DNA of 64,000 nt, taken from an uncultured Gammaproteobacteria bacterium. Its GTDB lineage: Bacteria; Pseudomonadota; Gammaproteobacteria; DRLM01. Below the pieces are notes generated by a model. It was not told the origin of the DNA. It searched no databases and worked only from the letters and a program-made list of their open reading frames with translations. The position numbers were made by a program, and so were the translations under genes. Shown here one piece after another: positions 53,901 to 62,617 of this stretch; within the stretch, counting starts at the first letter, position 1, and each line of letters begins with the position of its first letter. The stretch lies in NCBI GenBank assembly GCA_963729605.1, contig CAVSNY010000003.1, forward strand, positions 96,001 through 160,000, read 5' to 3'.

Positions 53901-53967
53901 CCGCAACGTGGCGGCGGGGTATCTGATGAAGGCGGTGTATCGGCATATTGCGGGCAGTGGTGGGTAA
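50934..53967 (+). CDS. hsdR: Type I RM restriction subunit (frameshift at ~52532)
   Basis: PD..ELK nuclease, HSAGSGKS, DEAH, FTATP in frame 1; KYQTGFDQP, QTLSRLNR in frame 2. Confidence 0.92.
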
Positions 53968-54189
53968 GATCATCTGTTGATTTCTGCAAGCGGCGCATCC
54001 CAAACAACGGGGCGACGGCTCGCGGCTCCGAGCGGGTTGCGCGGCCGGACTCAATCGCTGCTTGTGCAGGCCACCGGCAGGCTCGACCTTCACTCCACCT
54101 GCCCCCTACCGGTGCCACACTTCCCCACCCACGCTCCGGTGCGCCTGCCCGAATCCCTGTCCGAACTCATCGCCGGCCCTTAACCATCC

Positions 54190-54579
54190 TCAGGGCAGCT
54201 GCACCGGCGCCGGCGGGGTCCAGCTCGGGTCGCGGTGTTCGGCGATGACGTTGGTGTAGATGCCGCCGCGCACGCCGAATTCGGCGGTGAGGCGCATGAA
54301 ACGCGGCGCGGTGGCCCGCACCAGGTCATCGAGTATCCGGTTGGTGACGGCCTCGTGGAAGGCGCCTTCGTTGCGGAAGGACCACACGTAAAGCTTGAGG
54401 GATTTCAGCTCGACGCACTGCCGGTCGGGCACGTAATCGAGGTACAACGTGGCGAAATCCGGCTGGCCGGTCTTGGGGCATAAACAGGTGAACTCGGGCA
54501 CCCGGATGCGTATAGTATAGTCCCGTCCGGGGTTGGGGTTGGCGAACGTCTCCAGTTCCTTGCTTGCTTGGGATGGCAT
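54190..54579 (-). CDS. queF: NADPH-dependent 7-cyano-7-deazaguanine reductase (short type)
   Basis: [31 protein letters not shown]. Confidence 0.96.
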   Translation of the reverse strand: MPSQASKELETFANPNPGRDYTIRIRVPEFTCLCPKTGQPDFATLYLDYVPDRQCVELKSLKLYVWSFRNEGAFHEAVTNRILDDLVRATAPRFMRLTAEFGVRGGIYTNVIAEHRDPSWTPPAPVQLP

Positions 54580-54672
54580 GGTTTTCACTCGATCAAAGGG
54601 GCGGATAAGATACCGTATTCGCGCCCGGCCATGAAGACCCATTTCTGAATTTTGACATTACATAGAGACGCT

Positions 54673-57600
54673 ATGCGGCTGAAAAAAATTAAATTGTCCG
54701 GATTTAAATCCTTTGTCGATCCCACCACCGTGCCCCTGCCCAGTAACCTGGTGGGCATCGTCGGGCCCAACGGCTGCGGCAAGTCGAACGTGATCGACGC
54801 CGTGCGCTGGGTGATGGGCGAAAGCTCCGCCAAAAACCTGCGCGGCGACTCCATGGCCGACGTGATTTTCAACGGCTCCACCGGCCGCAAACCGGTGGGC
54901 CACGCCTTCGTCGAGCTGGTGTTCGACAACAGCGACGGCGGCCTCGGCGGCCAATACGCGTCCTACGCGGAAATCGCCGTCAAACGCCAGGTCTCCCGCG
55001 ACGGCCAGTCGATTTATTTCCTCAACGGCACCCGCTGCCGGCGCAAGGACATCACCGATATTTTCCTTGGCACGGGCTTGGGCCCGCGCAGCTACGCCAT
55101 CATCGAGCAGGGCACCATCTCGCGTCTGATTGAGGCCAAGCCCGACGAACTGCGCATCTTTCTCGAAGAGGCCGCCGGCATTTCCAAATACAAAGAGCGG
55201 CGCCGCGAGACCGAGACCCGCATGCGCCACACCCATGAGAATCTCAATCGCATTAACGACCTGCGCGACGAACTTGAGAAACGCATTCAAACCCTGGGCC
55301 GCCAGGCCAAGACCGCCGAGCGCTACAAGGAACTCAAGCAGCAAGAGCGGATTTTGAAGGGTCAGTTGCAGGCCCTGCGCTGGTCCACCCTCAACAACGA
55401 CGCGGCCCAGCGCGAGCGGCAGATAGTCGGCCTCGAAACCCAGCTCGAGGCCGAGGTGGCGGTGCTGCGTAACGTCGAGGCCAATATCGAGCGCCAGCGC
55501 GAGCAGCACATCGAAGAGAGCGACGCCTTCAACAAGGTGCAGGGCAAGGCCTACGAGACCGGCGCCGAGATCGCCCGTCTGGAACAGGCCATCCAGCACG
55601 CCAAGGACACCCGCGAGCAGCAGCACCGCGAACTGCGCGAGGTGGAAAAGGCCTGGGGCGAAGTGCAGGCCCACTTGCAGGCGGACCGCGCGCTCATCGA
55701 ACAACTCACGGCCTCCGTGCAGGAACATGAACACGGCCTGCTGGAAACCCAGGCCCTCGAAGAACGTTCCTCGCAAGCCTTGGACGAGGCGGAAGAGGCC
55801 ATGCACACCTGGCAGCAGGTGTGGGACGAATTCAACGCCCGCGCCGCGGCGCAATTGCAGGCGGCGGAAGTCGAGCGCGCCCGCCTCAATCATCTCGAAC
55901 AGCACATCCGCCAATTGCAGGACCGGCTGACCCGCCTCGAACAAGAATTGGCTACGTTGTCCCCCGAGGCCGTGGAAGCGGAGTTGAACGGCATCGCCGA
56001 ACGCAAGGAACACCTGGACGCGGTGCTGGAGCAGTTGCAGGAGACCATCGAGTCGCACGTCGAGCGCATTAGCGAAGAGCGTCAGCGCCATCAGCAACTC
56101 TCGAACGAGCTCAACACCGTGCGCACCGAATTGCAAAGCGCCCAGGGCCGTTACGCCTCGCTCGAGGCCTTGCAAGAAGAGGCGCTGGGTAAGAGCGAAG
56201 GCGGCGCGGTCAATAGCTGGCTCACGGCGCGCGGCCTGAATGACGCGGCGCGGCTGGCGCAGAAAATCACCGTCGAATCCGGCTGGGAACGGGCGGTGGA
56301 GACGGTGCTGGGTTACGGTTTGGAAGCGGTCTGCGTCGATGGCTTGACCGACATCGGCGCCGCGCTGGCCGATCTCTCGCAAGGCGAAGTGACCCTGTTC
56401 GATACCCGTGCCGAAGTCACCGCGACGACGCGCGGCGTGGAGGCTTCCAGCCTGCTGGATAAAGTGCAGGCGCCCTGGCCTTTGGACGGTTTGTTGGGCG
56501 GCGTTTATCTCGCCGCCAATCTGGACGAGGCCTTGACCCTGCGTCCGCGTTTGAGCGGCCGCGAATCGGTCATCACCCGCGACGGCGTGTGGCTGGGCAA
56601 CGGCTGGTTGCGCGTGGTGCGCAACCCTGACGATCAATCCAGCGTGCTGGTGCGCGAACAGGCCTTGCAGACCTTGCAGCGGCAGATCGCGCAGCATCAG
56701 GCGCGTATCGCCGAGATCCAGGCGCAAGTCGAGCATAGTCAGTCGGCCTTGCGTGAGACCGAGCAGACCCGCGAACTCACCCAAGCTCAAGTGCGCGAAT
56801 CGAGCAATCAGCGCGCCGAGGTGCAGGCCCAGTTCAGCGCGCGGCAGGAGCGGTTGAATCAAATGCGCGCGCGCGGCGAACGTCTGCGCGGCGAGATCGC
56901 AACCCTGCGCGGCGATCTGGCCCGCGACGAAGAGGAAATGGCCGGCACCCGCGAACGTCTCGAAGAGGCCTTGATGGCCACCGAAGGCCACACCGAGCAA
57001 CGCGAACAATTGGTGTTGCAGCGCGATGACAAACGCCGCAGCTTGGAAGAAATCCGCCAGCGCGCCCGTGCCGATCGCGAGGCCCGTCACGCGGTGGCGG
57101 TGCGGGTCGAGACCGCCCGCACCCAATTGAAATCGACCCGCGACAGCCTGGAAAAGATGCAAGGCCAGCTGCATCATCTCTCGGCGCGCCGCGAGGAACT
57201 CAATTCCGCCTTGGCGGCGGGCGGCGAGCCTATCGAACTCATGGCGATGGAACTCGAAACCCTGCTGCAAAAACGCATGGAGGTGGACGAGCAGCTCAGC
57301 GCCGCGCGGCAACGCTTGGCCGAGGTCGATCACCTGCTGCGCGAATTGGCGGAGCAGCGCGCCCAGGCCGAACGCAAATCGCACGAAGTGCGCGGCCAGC
57401 TCGACAGTGCGCGCATGGCACATCAAGAAATCCGCGTGCGCCGCCAGACCTTGGAAGAGCAACTGGCCGAGGGCGATTACAGCTTGCAGCAGTTACTCGA
57501 TGAAATGCCGCAGGACGCCGACGAAACCGTGTGGCACGAGGAGGTGGAGCGCATCGCCGGACAGATCCAGCGGCTCGGCGCCATCAATCTCGCGGCGATC

Positions 57601-58191
57601 GACGAGTTCGCCGAACAATCGGAGCGCAAGACCTACCTCGACGCGCAACACGCCGATCTCAGCGAGGCCTTGGCGACGCTGGAAAACGCGATTCACAAGA
57701 TCGACAAAGAAACCAAGGAACGTTTCCAGGAGACCTTCGACAAGGTCAACGCCGGCTTGCAGGCGATGTTCCCGCGCTTGTTCGGCGGCGGTCACGCCTA
57801 TCTGGAACTCACCGGCGACAATATCCTCGACACCGGCGTGACGGTGATGGCGCGTCCGCCCGGCAAACGCAACAGCACCATCCATCTGCTGTCGGGCGGC
57901 GAGAAGGCGATGACCGCGGTGGCCTTGGTGTTCTCGATCTTCGAACTCAATCCCGCGCCGTTCTGCATGCTCGACGAGGTGGACGCGCCGCTCGACGACG
58001 CCAACGTCGGCCGTTTCTCGAAGATGGTGCAGGAAATGTCGGAGCGCGTGCAGTTCATCTACATCACCCACAACAAGGGCACCATGGAAATCGCCCAGCA
58101 ATTGATCGGCGTCACCATGCACGAACCGGGCGTGTCGCGCCTGGTGTCGGTGGATGTGGATGAAGCCATGGAGATGGCGGCCGCCTCTTAA
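54673..58191 (+). CDS. smc: Chromosome segregation protein SMC
   Basis: GPNGCGKSN, coiled coils and hinge, LSGGEK, LDEVDAPLD. Confidence 0.98.
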   Translation: MRLKKIKLSGFKSFVDPTTVPLPSNLVGIVGPNGCGKSNVIDAVRWVMGESSAKNLRGDSMADVIFNGSTGRKPVGHAFVELVFDNSDGGLGGQYASYAEIAVKRQVSRDGQSIYFLNGTRCRRKDITDIFLGTGLGPRSYAIIEQGTISRLIEAKPDELRIFLEEAAGISKYKERRRETETRMRHTHENLNRINDLRDELEKRIQTLGRQAKTAERYKELKQQERILKGQLQALRWSTLNNDAAQRERQIVGLETQLEAEVAVLRNVEANIERQREQHIEESDAFNKVQGKAYETGAEIARLEQAIQHAKDTREQQHRELREVEKAWGEVQAHLQADRALIEQLTASVQEHEHGLLETQALEERSSQALDEAEEAMHTWQQVWDEFNARAAAQLQAAEVERARLNHLEQHIRQLQDRLTRLEQELATLSPEAVEAELNGIAERKEHLDAVLEQLQETIESHVERISEERQRHQQLSNELNTVRTELQSAQGRYASLEALQEEALGKSEGGAVNSWLTARGLNDAARLAQKITVESGWERAVETVLGYGLEAVCVDGLTDIGAALADLSQGEVTLFDTRAEVTATTRGVEASSLLDKVQAPWPLDGLLGGVYLAANLDEALTLRPRLSGRESVITRDGVWLGNGWLRVVRNPDDQSSVLVREQALQTLQRQIAQHQARIAEIQAQVEHSQSALRETEQTRELTQAQVRESSNQRAEVQAQFSARQERLNQMRARGERLRGEIATLRGDLARDEEEMAGTRERLEEALMATEGHTEQREQLVLQRDDKRRSLEEIRQRARADREARHAVAVRVETARTQLKSTRDSLEKMQGQLHHLSARREELNSALAAGGEPIELMAMELETLLQKRMEVDEQLSAARQRLAEVDHLLRELAEQRAQAERKSHEVRGQLDSARMAHQEIRVRRQTLEEQLAEGDYSLQQLLDEMPQDADETVWHEEVERIAGQIQRLGAINLAAIDEFAEQSERKTYLDAQHADLSEALATLENAIHKIDKETKERFQETFDKVNAGLQAMFPRLFGGGHAYLELTGDNILDTGVTVMARPPGKRNSTIHLLSGGEKAMTAVALVFSIFELNPAPFCMLDEVDAPLDDANVGRFSKMVQEMSERVQFIYITHNKGTMEIAQQLIGVTMHEPGVSRLVSVDVDEAMEMAAAS

Positions 58192-58207
58192 GCCGCGTAG
58201 GATTATT

Positions 58208-59077
58208 ATGGAAAAAGTCAGCTTAGTTTTAATCGTAATCGGTCTGGTGATTATCGCCGTGGTGCTCATTTCGCGGTTGCGCCTGCGGCGCCGCGACGAA
58301 TCAGCGTCCGAGCCTTACCGGCGCGCCAGCGCGCAGGATGAAATGTTCCGCGACGAGCCGCCTGAGTATGATCCCCTGTTCGCCGTCGACAACGCCGAGG
58401 CGGAGCAACGCGAGTTGGACAAGTGGGGCGCCATACACACGAAGGACAAGGACGAGCCCGTGGTGGAAATACCGCCGCCTGCGCCGCGTGCGCACGCCGC
58501 CACGCCACCGCCGCCGCCACCGCAATCCGCCCCGCGCCTGAAAACACCCGCGCCACCGCAATCCGCTCCGCGCGTGACGACACCTGCCGCGCCGCCGGTG
58601 CCGCCGCCCGCGCCCGTGCGCAGCCCGCCGCGCCTGGCCGATGTGGCCGAACAAGTCATCACCTTGAACGTCATCGCCCCCGAGGGACATCGTTTCGCCG
58701 GCCCGGCCATCGCCGCGGCCATGGCGCGCGCCGGCCTGGAGTGGGGCGCGTGGTCCATCTATCACTATTACTCGCAACAAGACCCGCACGCGCCGCCGCT
58801 GTTCAGCGTGGCCAATATGGTCAAGCCCGGCAATTTCGATCCCCAGCGCATGGACGAGATCAGCACCGTGGGTTTGAGCCTGTTCATGGTGCCCGCCATG
58901 GACGGCACCGACCTGACCAGCCTCGACATCCTGCTCGCCACCGCCCGCCAATTGGCCGGCGACCTCGGCGGCGAATTGCGCGACTCACGCCGCAGCGTAC
59001 TCACCCGCCAGGCCATCGAACTGCTGCGCGAACAAATCAATGAATGGCGGCGCAAGGCGCAGGTGGCGCAGTCTTGA
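58208..59077 (+). CDS. zipA: Cell division protein ZipA
   Basis: N-terminal TM segment, Pro-rich linker, FSVANMVKPGNFD; follows smc. Confidence 0.88.
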   Translation: MEKVSLVLIVIGLVIIAVVLISRLRLRRRDESASEPYRRASAQDEMFRDEPPEYDPLFAVDNAEAEQRELDKWGAIHTKDKDEPVVEIPPPAPRAHAATPPPPPPQSAPRLKTPAPPQSAPRVTTPAAPPVPPPAPVRSPPRLADVAEQVITLNVIAPEGHRFAGPAIAAAMARAGLEWGAWSIYHYYSQQDPHAPPLFSVANMVKPGNFDPQRMDEISTVGLSLFMVPAMDGTDLTSLDILLATARQLAGDLGGELRDSRRSVLTRQAIELLREQINEWRRKAQVAQS

Positions 59078-59111
59078 AGGCGGGACGGCACGCGGTACAA
59101 CACTGAAGTTT

Positions 59112-59150
59112 ATGCAGGATGCGCTGCATGCAATGAAGCGCATCCTGCAT
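59112..59150. repeat. REP-like palindrome
   Basis: ATGCAGGATGCGCT..AGCGCATCCTGCAT, 14-bp perfect arms. Confidence 0.75.
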
Positions 59151-59247
59151 TGCCTGCCAGATATTTGAGTTAAAGTGGCGGCGCGTCAGGGCCGTTGATC
59201 TTCACCGAAGTGTCGGCAAGTAGTAATGGTTCCGTTGCCGTACTCAG

Positions 59248-59589
59248 CTACGCCTTCTTTACAAATTCCGATTTCAACTGCATGGCGCCAATGCCGTCGA
59301 TTTTGCAGTCAATATCATGATCCCCTTCGACGAGACGAATGCTTTTTACTTTGGTTCCGACTTTAATTACCGATGACGAGCCTTTTATCTTCAAATCTTT
59401 GATCACCGTGACCGTGTCGCCGTCATTGAGCAGGTTGCCATAGGCATCACGCACGACACGTTTGTCATCATTGCCTTCTACGACCGCGTCTTTTGTCCAT
59501 TCATGCGCGCATTCAGGACAAACAAACATACTTGCGTCTTCGTACGTGTATTCGGAGCCGCATTTCGGACATTTAGGCAAACTGATCAT
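59248..59589 (-). CDS. yjdM: Zinc-ribbon protein YjdM/PhnA
   Basis: [35 protein letters not shown]. Confidence 0.93.
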   Translation of the reverse strand: MISLPKCPKCGSEYTYEDASMFVCPECAHEWTKDAVVEGNDDKRVVRDAYGNLLNDGDTVTVIKDLKIKGSSSVIKVGTKVKSIRLVEGDHDIDCKIDGIGAMQLKSEFVKKA

Positions 59590-59686
59590 GTTGCATCCTG
59601 TTGCTGATTGGTTGACGGTTGTGGATTGGTTCGGCGCGCTCCCACGCAAGACCGTCTCCAGCATGATTGGCGCTCACCTAAACCAC

Positions 59687-59741
59687 ATGTAGGGTGGGTT
59701 AGCGCATTTTGCGTAACCCACCAAGCGTTGCGAAGCAACAC
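59687..59741 (+). repeat. GTAG-type REP, 55-bp copy
   Basis: 53/55 identical to the reverse complement of 62532-62586. Confidence 0.85.
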
Positions 59742-59811
59742 GATATATTCTAGTGAATACCTGGCGGCACGACAGACGGGTTATGACACAACGGTCTATC
59801 GAACCCACCCT

Positions 59812-60225
59812 TTACGGCATCACCACGATCATCCACGACACGCCGTAGCGGTCGGCGAGCATGCCGAAGCGCGGCGAGAAAAAGGTCTCGCTCAGCGGCA
59901 TCTGCACCTGACCGCCGTCGGCCAGCGCCGAGAACAGCCGCTCGGCCTCGGCGGCGTTGGCGGCGGTGATCGATAACGAAAAACCCTGAAAATTCGGCTG
60001 TCCCTGGCATTGGCCGTCGGAGGCCATCAGCGTGGTATCGCCGATGCGAAAACTCATGTGCATGATTTTATGCTCGGCGCCGGACGGCACCATGCCGGGC
60101 GGTTGCGGTTCGGGACTGTCCTTGAAGCGCATGAGCATGATCACTTCGGCGCCCAGGGTCTTACGATAAAAATCGACCGCTTCTTCACAGCGGCCGTCGA
60201 AGAATAAATAGGGTTGGACTTGCAT
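59812..60225 (-). CDS. PhnB/YjdN-like VOC family protein
   Basis: QPYLFFDGRCEEA, IMH, LMASD, FGMLADRYGVSWM. Confidence 0.9.
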   Translation of the reverse strand: MQVQPYLFFDGRCEEAVDFYRKTLGAEVIMLMRFKDSPEPQPPGMVPSGAEHKIMHMSFRIGDTTLMASDGQCQGQPNFQGFSLSITAANAAEAERLFSALADGGQVQMPLSETFFSPRFGMLADRYGVSWMIVVMP

Positions 60226-60385
60226 GGCATCTCCTTTTCGGGGGTTGGGATAAGAGTGGTAAAGCGGCCTGATGGTCTGGTCCGGAACAGGGTCGTGCGC
60301 AAGATTTGATAACACATCGCGCGACGTTTTGGGTTGACTCGGCGACTGGGCAGCTATCGCGGCTGGTTTCTTTGTGAGTTGCCGA

Positions 60386-60814
60386 TTACTGCTTGGCCGC
60401 CATTTCCGCGCGCAAACGCTCCTCTTGTTCGCGCAACTCCGGCGTGAACTCGGCGCCGAAATCCTCCGCCTCGAACACCTGGCGGATCTCGATCACCGCG
60501 TCCTCGCCGGGCAGGGGATCGGGACAGCGCTTGACCCACTCGATCGCCTCTTCCTTGGATTTCACCTGAATCAGCCAGAAGCCGGCGATCAGCTCCTTGG
60601 TCTCGGCGAAGGGCCCGTCGATCACCGTGCGCTTGCCGCCCGAGATCTTGACCCGCGCGCCCTTGGAACTGGGGTGCAATCCCTCGCCCGCGAGCAGCAC
60701 GCCGGCCTTCACCAGCTCTTCATTGTAATTACCCATCGCCGCCAACAGCTTTTCGTCCGGCAGCACGCCCGCCTCGGTATTCTTGCTCGCTTTGATGATA
60801 ATCATGAATCGCAT
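60386..60814 (-). CDS. YciI/DGPF-family protein
   Basis: DGPFAETKELIAGFW signature. Confidence 0.92.
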   Translation of the reverse strand: MRFMIIIKASKNTEAGVLPDEKLLAAMGNYNEELVKAGVLLAGEGLHPSSKGARVKISGGKRTVIDGPFAETKELIAGFWLIQVKSKEEAIEWVKRCPDPLPGEDAVIEIRQVFEAEDFGAEFTPELREQEERLRAEMAAKQ

Positions 60815-60890
60815 ATCGCATCTCCTTTTAGTGGCTGGGGTGGCCGGACCGGCCGGCGATCCCGCCGGTCGCGTCCCCGCCTGATTGTAC

Positions 60891-60917
60891 GACGAACGAG
60901 GCCGGGCGAAATCGACA
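60891..60917 (-). promoter_or_regulatory. Putative ECF42-type promoter
   Basis: Minus strand TGTCGA-N17-CGTC upstream of the DGPF gene. Confidence 0.55.
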
Positions 60918-61135
60918 GCTCCAAGCTGTTTTTTTGAAATGGCTTAAGTGGCGGTCTGTTTTGACTTAATCCCCACGCGAAACACGCCCCGAAGAACCGA
61001 CCGGGCACAACGGCGCCGCAAATCGCCGTCAGTCTACGCGCCCAATATGAACTTTGGCCTATCGTTGTCCGGCTTGATAACATGTAGCGTTCGATCACCG
61101 GCCGCGTGCAGGAGACTCATCGAGGTTTGAGCTGG

Positions 61136-61250
61136 GCGACGGTTAGAGGGAGTACCACGGTCGGAGAACATGCAACGGCTAAAAAACATGCAATGGCTAG
61201 AGAGCAGCAACGGCTAGAAAACATGTAACGGCTAGAGAGCATGTAATGGT
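61136..61250. repeat. 18-bp tandem repeat, ~6.5 copies (GCAACGGCTAGAgAaCAT)
   Basis: gcgacggttagagggagt accacggtcggagaacat gcaacggctaaaaaacat gcaatggctagagagca gcaacggctagaaaacat gtaacggctagagagcat gtaatggt. Confidence 0.85.
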
Positions 61251-61276
61251 TGTTGGCTGCGCACTGTTTTGAATTT

Positions 61277-61324
61277 CTCCCCTCCTCCTTGAGGATGAGG
61301 GGTGGCGCGCAGCGACGGGGTGGT
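61277..61324 (+). repeat. CTCCCCTCC hairpin element
   Basis: CTCCCCTCCTCCTTGAGGATGAGGGGTGGCGCGCAGCGACGGGGTGGT; same family as 41131. Confidence 0.75.
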
Positions 61325-61389
61325 AGTAGAAGCCAATTAATTTTTCATCAATGCGATAAACAGCGGCAAGAATAACGAGGAGCCTAGGC

Positions 61390-62091
61390 ATGGGTGCACA
61401 GTGGAAAGCGAAGGGCAGAGAAGCGGCGGCCAATGCCAAGGGCCGGCTCTTCACCAAATTGGCCAAAGAGATCATGGTCGCGGCGCGCGCCGGGGCCGAA
61501 CCGGAGATGAACCCGCGTTTGCGCCTCGCAGTTGAGCAGGCCAAAAAGGCCTCCATGCCGCGCGACACCGTCGAGCGCGCCATCAAAAAAGGCGCCGGTC
61601 TGCTCGACACGGGCGTGAGTTTCGAAAAACTCATCTACGAAGGCTTCGCGCCGCACCGGGTGCCGGTCATCGTCGAATGCCTGACCGACAACGCCAACCG
61701 CACCGCCTCCAGCATGCGGGTGTTGTTCCGCAAGGGACAACTCGGCGCCTCCGGTTCCGTCTCGTGGGATTTCGACTATCTCGGCGTGATCGAGGCGTCC
61801 CCGGAATCCGCCACCGCCGACCCGGAACTGGCCGCCATCGAGGCCGGCGCCCGCGACCTGGAGCCCGGCGAAGACGGCGCCACGCTCTTCCTCACCGACC
61901 AGACCGACCTGGATGCCGTGTGCCGCGCCTTGCCGGCCTATGGTTTTACCGTGCAAGCCGCGCAATTGGCCTACCGGCCGAAAAACCCGGTCACGCTGGG
62001 CGAAGTGGAACGCGCGGAAGTCGAGGCGTTTCTGGAAGCCATCGATGCGGATGACGATGTGCAGAATGTTTATGTGGGGTTGGTGGATTGA
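61390..62091 (+). CDS. YebC/PmpR family protein
   Basis: [39 protein letters not shown]. Confidence 0.93.
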   Translation: MGAQWKAKGREAAANAKGRLFTKLAKEIMVAARAGAEPEMNPRLRLAVEQAKKASMPRDTVERAIKKGAGLLDTGVSFEKLIYEGFAPHRVPVIVECLTDNANRTASSMRVLFRKGQLGASGSVSWDFDYLGVIEASPESATADPELAAIEAGARDLEPGEDGATLFLTDQTDLDAVCRALPAYGFTVQAAQLAYRPKNPVTLGEVERAEVEAFLEAIDADDDVQNVYVGLVD

Positions 62092-62185
62092 GGGTTGGAG
62101 GGACAGGCATTGGTCGTAAGCGGCGGTTGTGATCCACAGGCGTCATTTGGCTATCAAGCGAGCTGACATGCAAATAGACAACTTC

Positions 62186-62218
62186 GTAGGCTGGGATGAG
62201 GCAAGGCTAAATCCCAGC
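62186..62218 (+). repeat. GTAG-type REP palindrome
   Basis: GTAGGCTGGGATGAG..AATCCCAGC. Confidence 0.65.
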
Positions 62219-62478
62219 GAAGCCACGCATGTGATGCGAACTGACAAGGTAGATTGAAGTAATAAACGCGGCGGAAGCGTGGTGGTATTTTTTACGCGTG
62301 TTATCAGTGCGCCTTACGCGCGCTGCGAAATAGATTATGCACGAGATAGAAGATCAGAAATCTACAAAGAGTTATGGAATAGTACTTCAGGGAGAGTTGG
62401 GCTCCTTACACGATTTCACAAACAGATAGGAAATCAGTTAAGAGAACGCCTGCGAGCAGTAAAACTTCGATAAGAACC

Positions 62479-62586
62479 GTAGGGTAAATAAACGAAGTGC
62501 ATTGCACAAAATGAGGCAAGGCTACGTCATGGTGTTGCTGCGCAACGCTTGGTGGGTTACGCAAAAGGCGCTAACCCACCCTACAT
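62479..62586. repeat. GTAG REP doublet (degenerate + copy and intact - copy)
   Basis: GTAGGGTAAATAA.. at 62479; GGTGGGTTACGCAAAAGGCGCTAACCCACCCTAC at 62551-62584. Confidence 0.75.
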
Positions 62587-62617
62587 TGAAAAAAGGCCAA
62601 AGACTTCTTCCCGCAAT

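Noticed and set aside
42712-54189. att sites or terminal repeats bounding the defence locus
   Set aside because: No convincing direct or inverted repeats found by eye at either flank, and no mobility gene.
54190-54579. queF as part of a 7-deazaguanine DNA-modification (Dpd) defence system
   Set aside because: No dpdA/dpdB/dpdC genes; host-like GC and divergent from smc, consistent with housekeeping queuosine synthesis.
58515-58586. 36-bp duplication in zipA
   Set aside because: In-frame expansion of the normally variable Pro-rich linker.
61136-61250. CRISPR array
   Set aside because: Units are 18 bp, contiguous, with no spacers and no cas genes; the same applies to 10071-10145.
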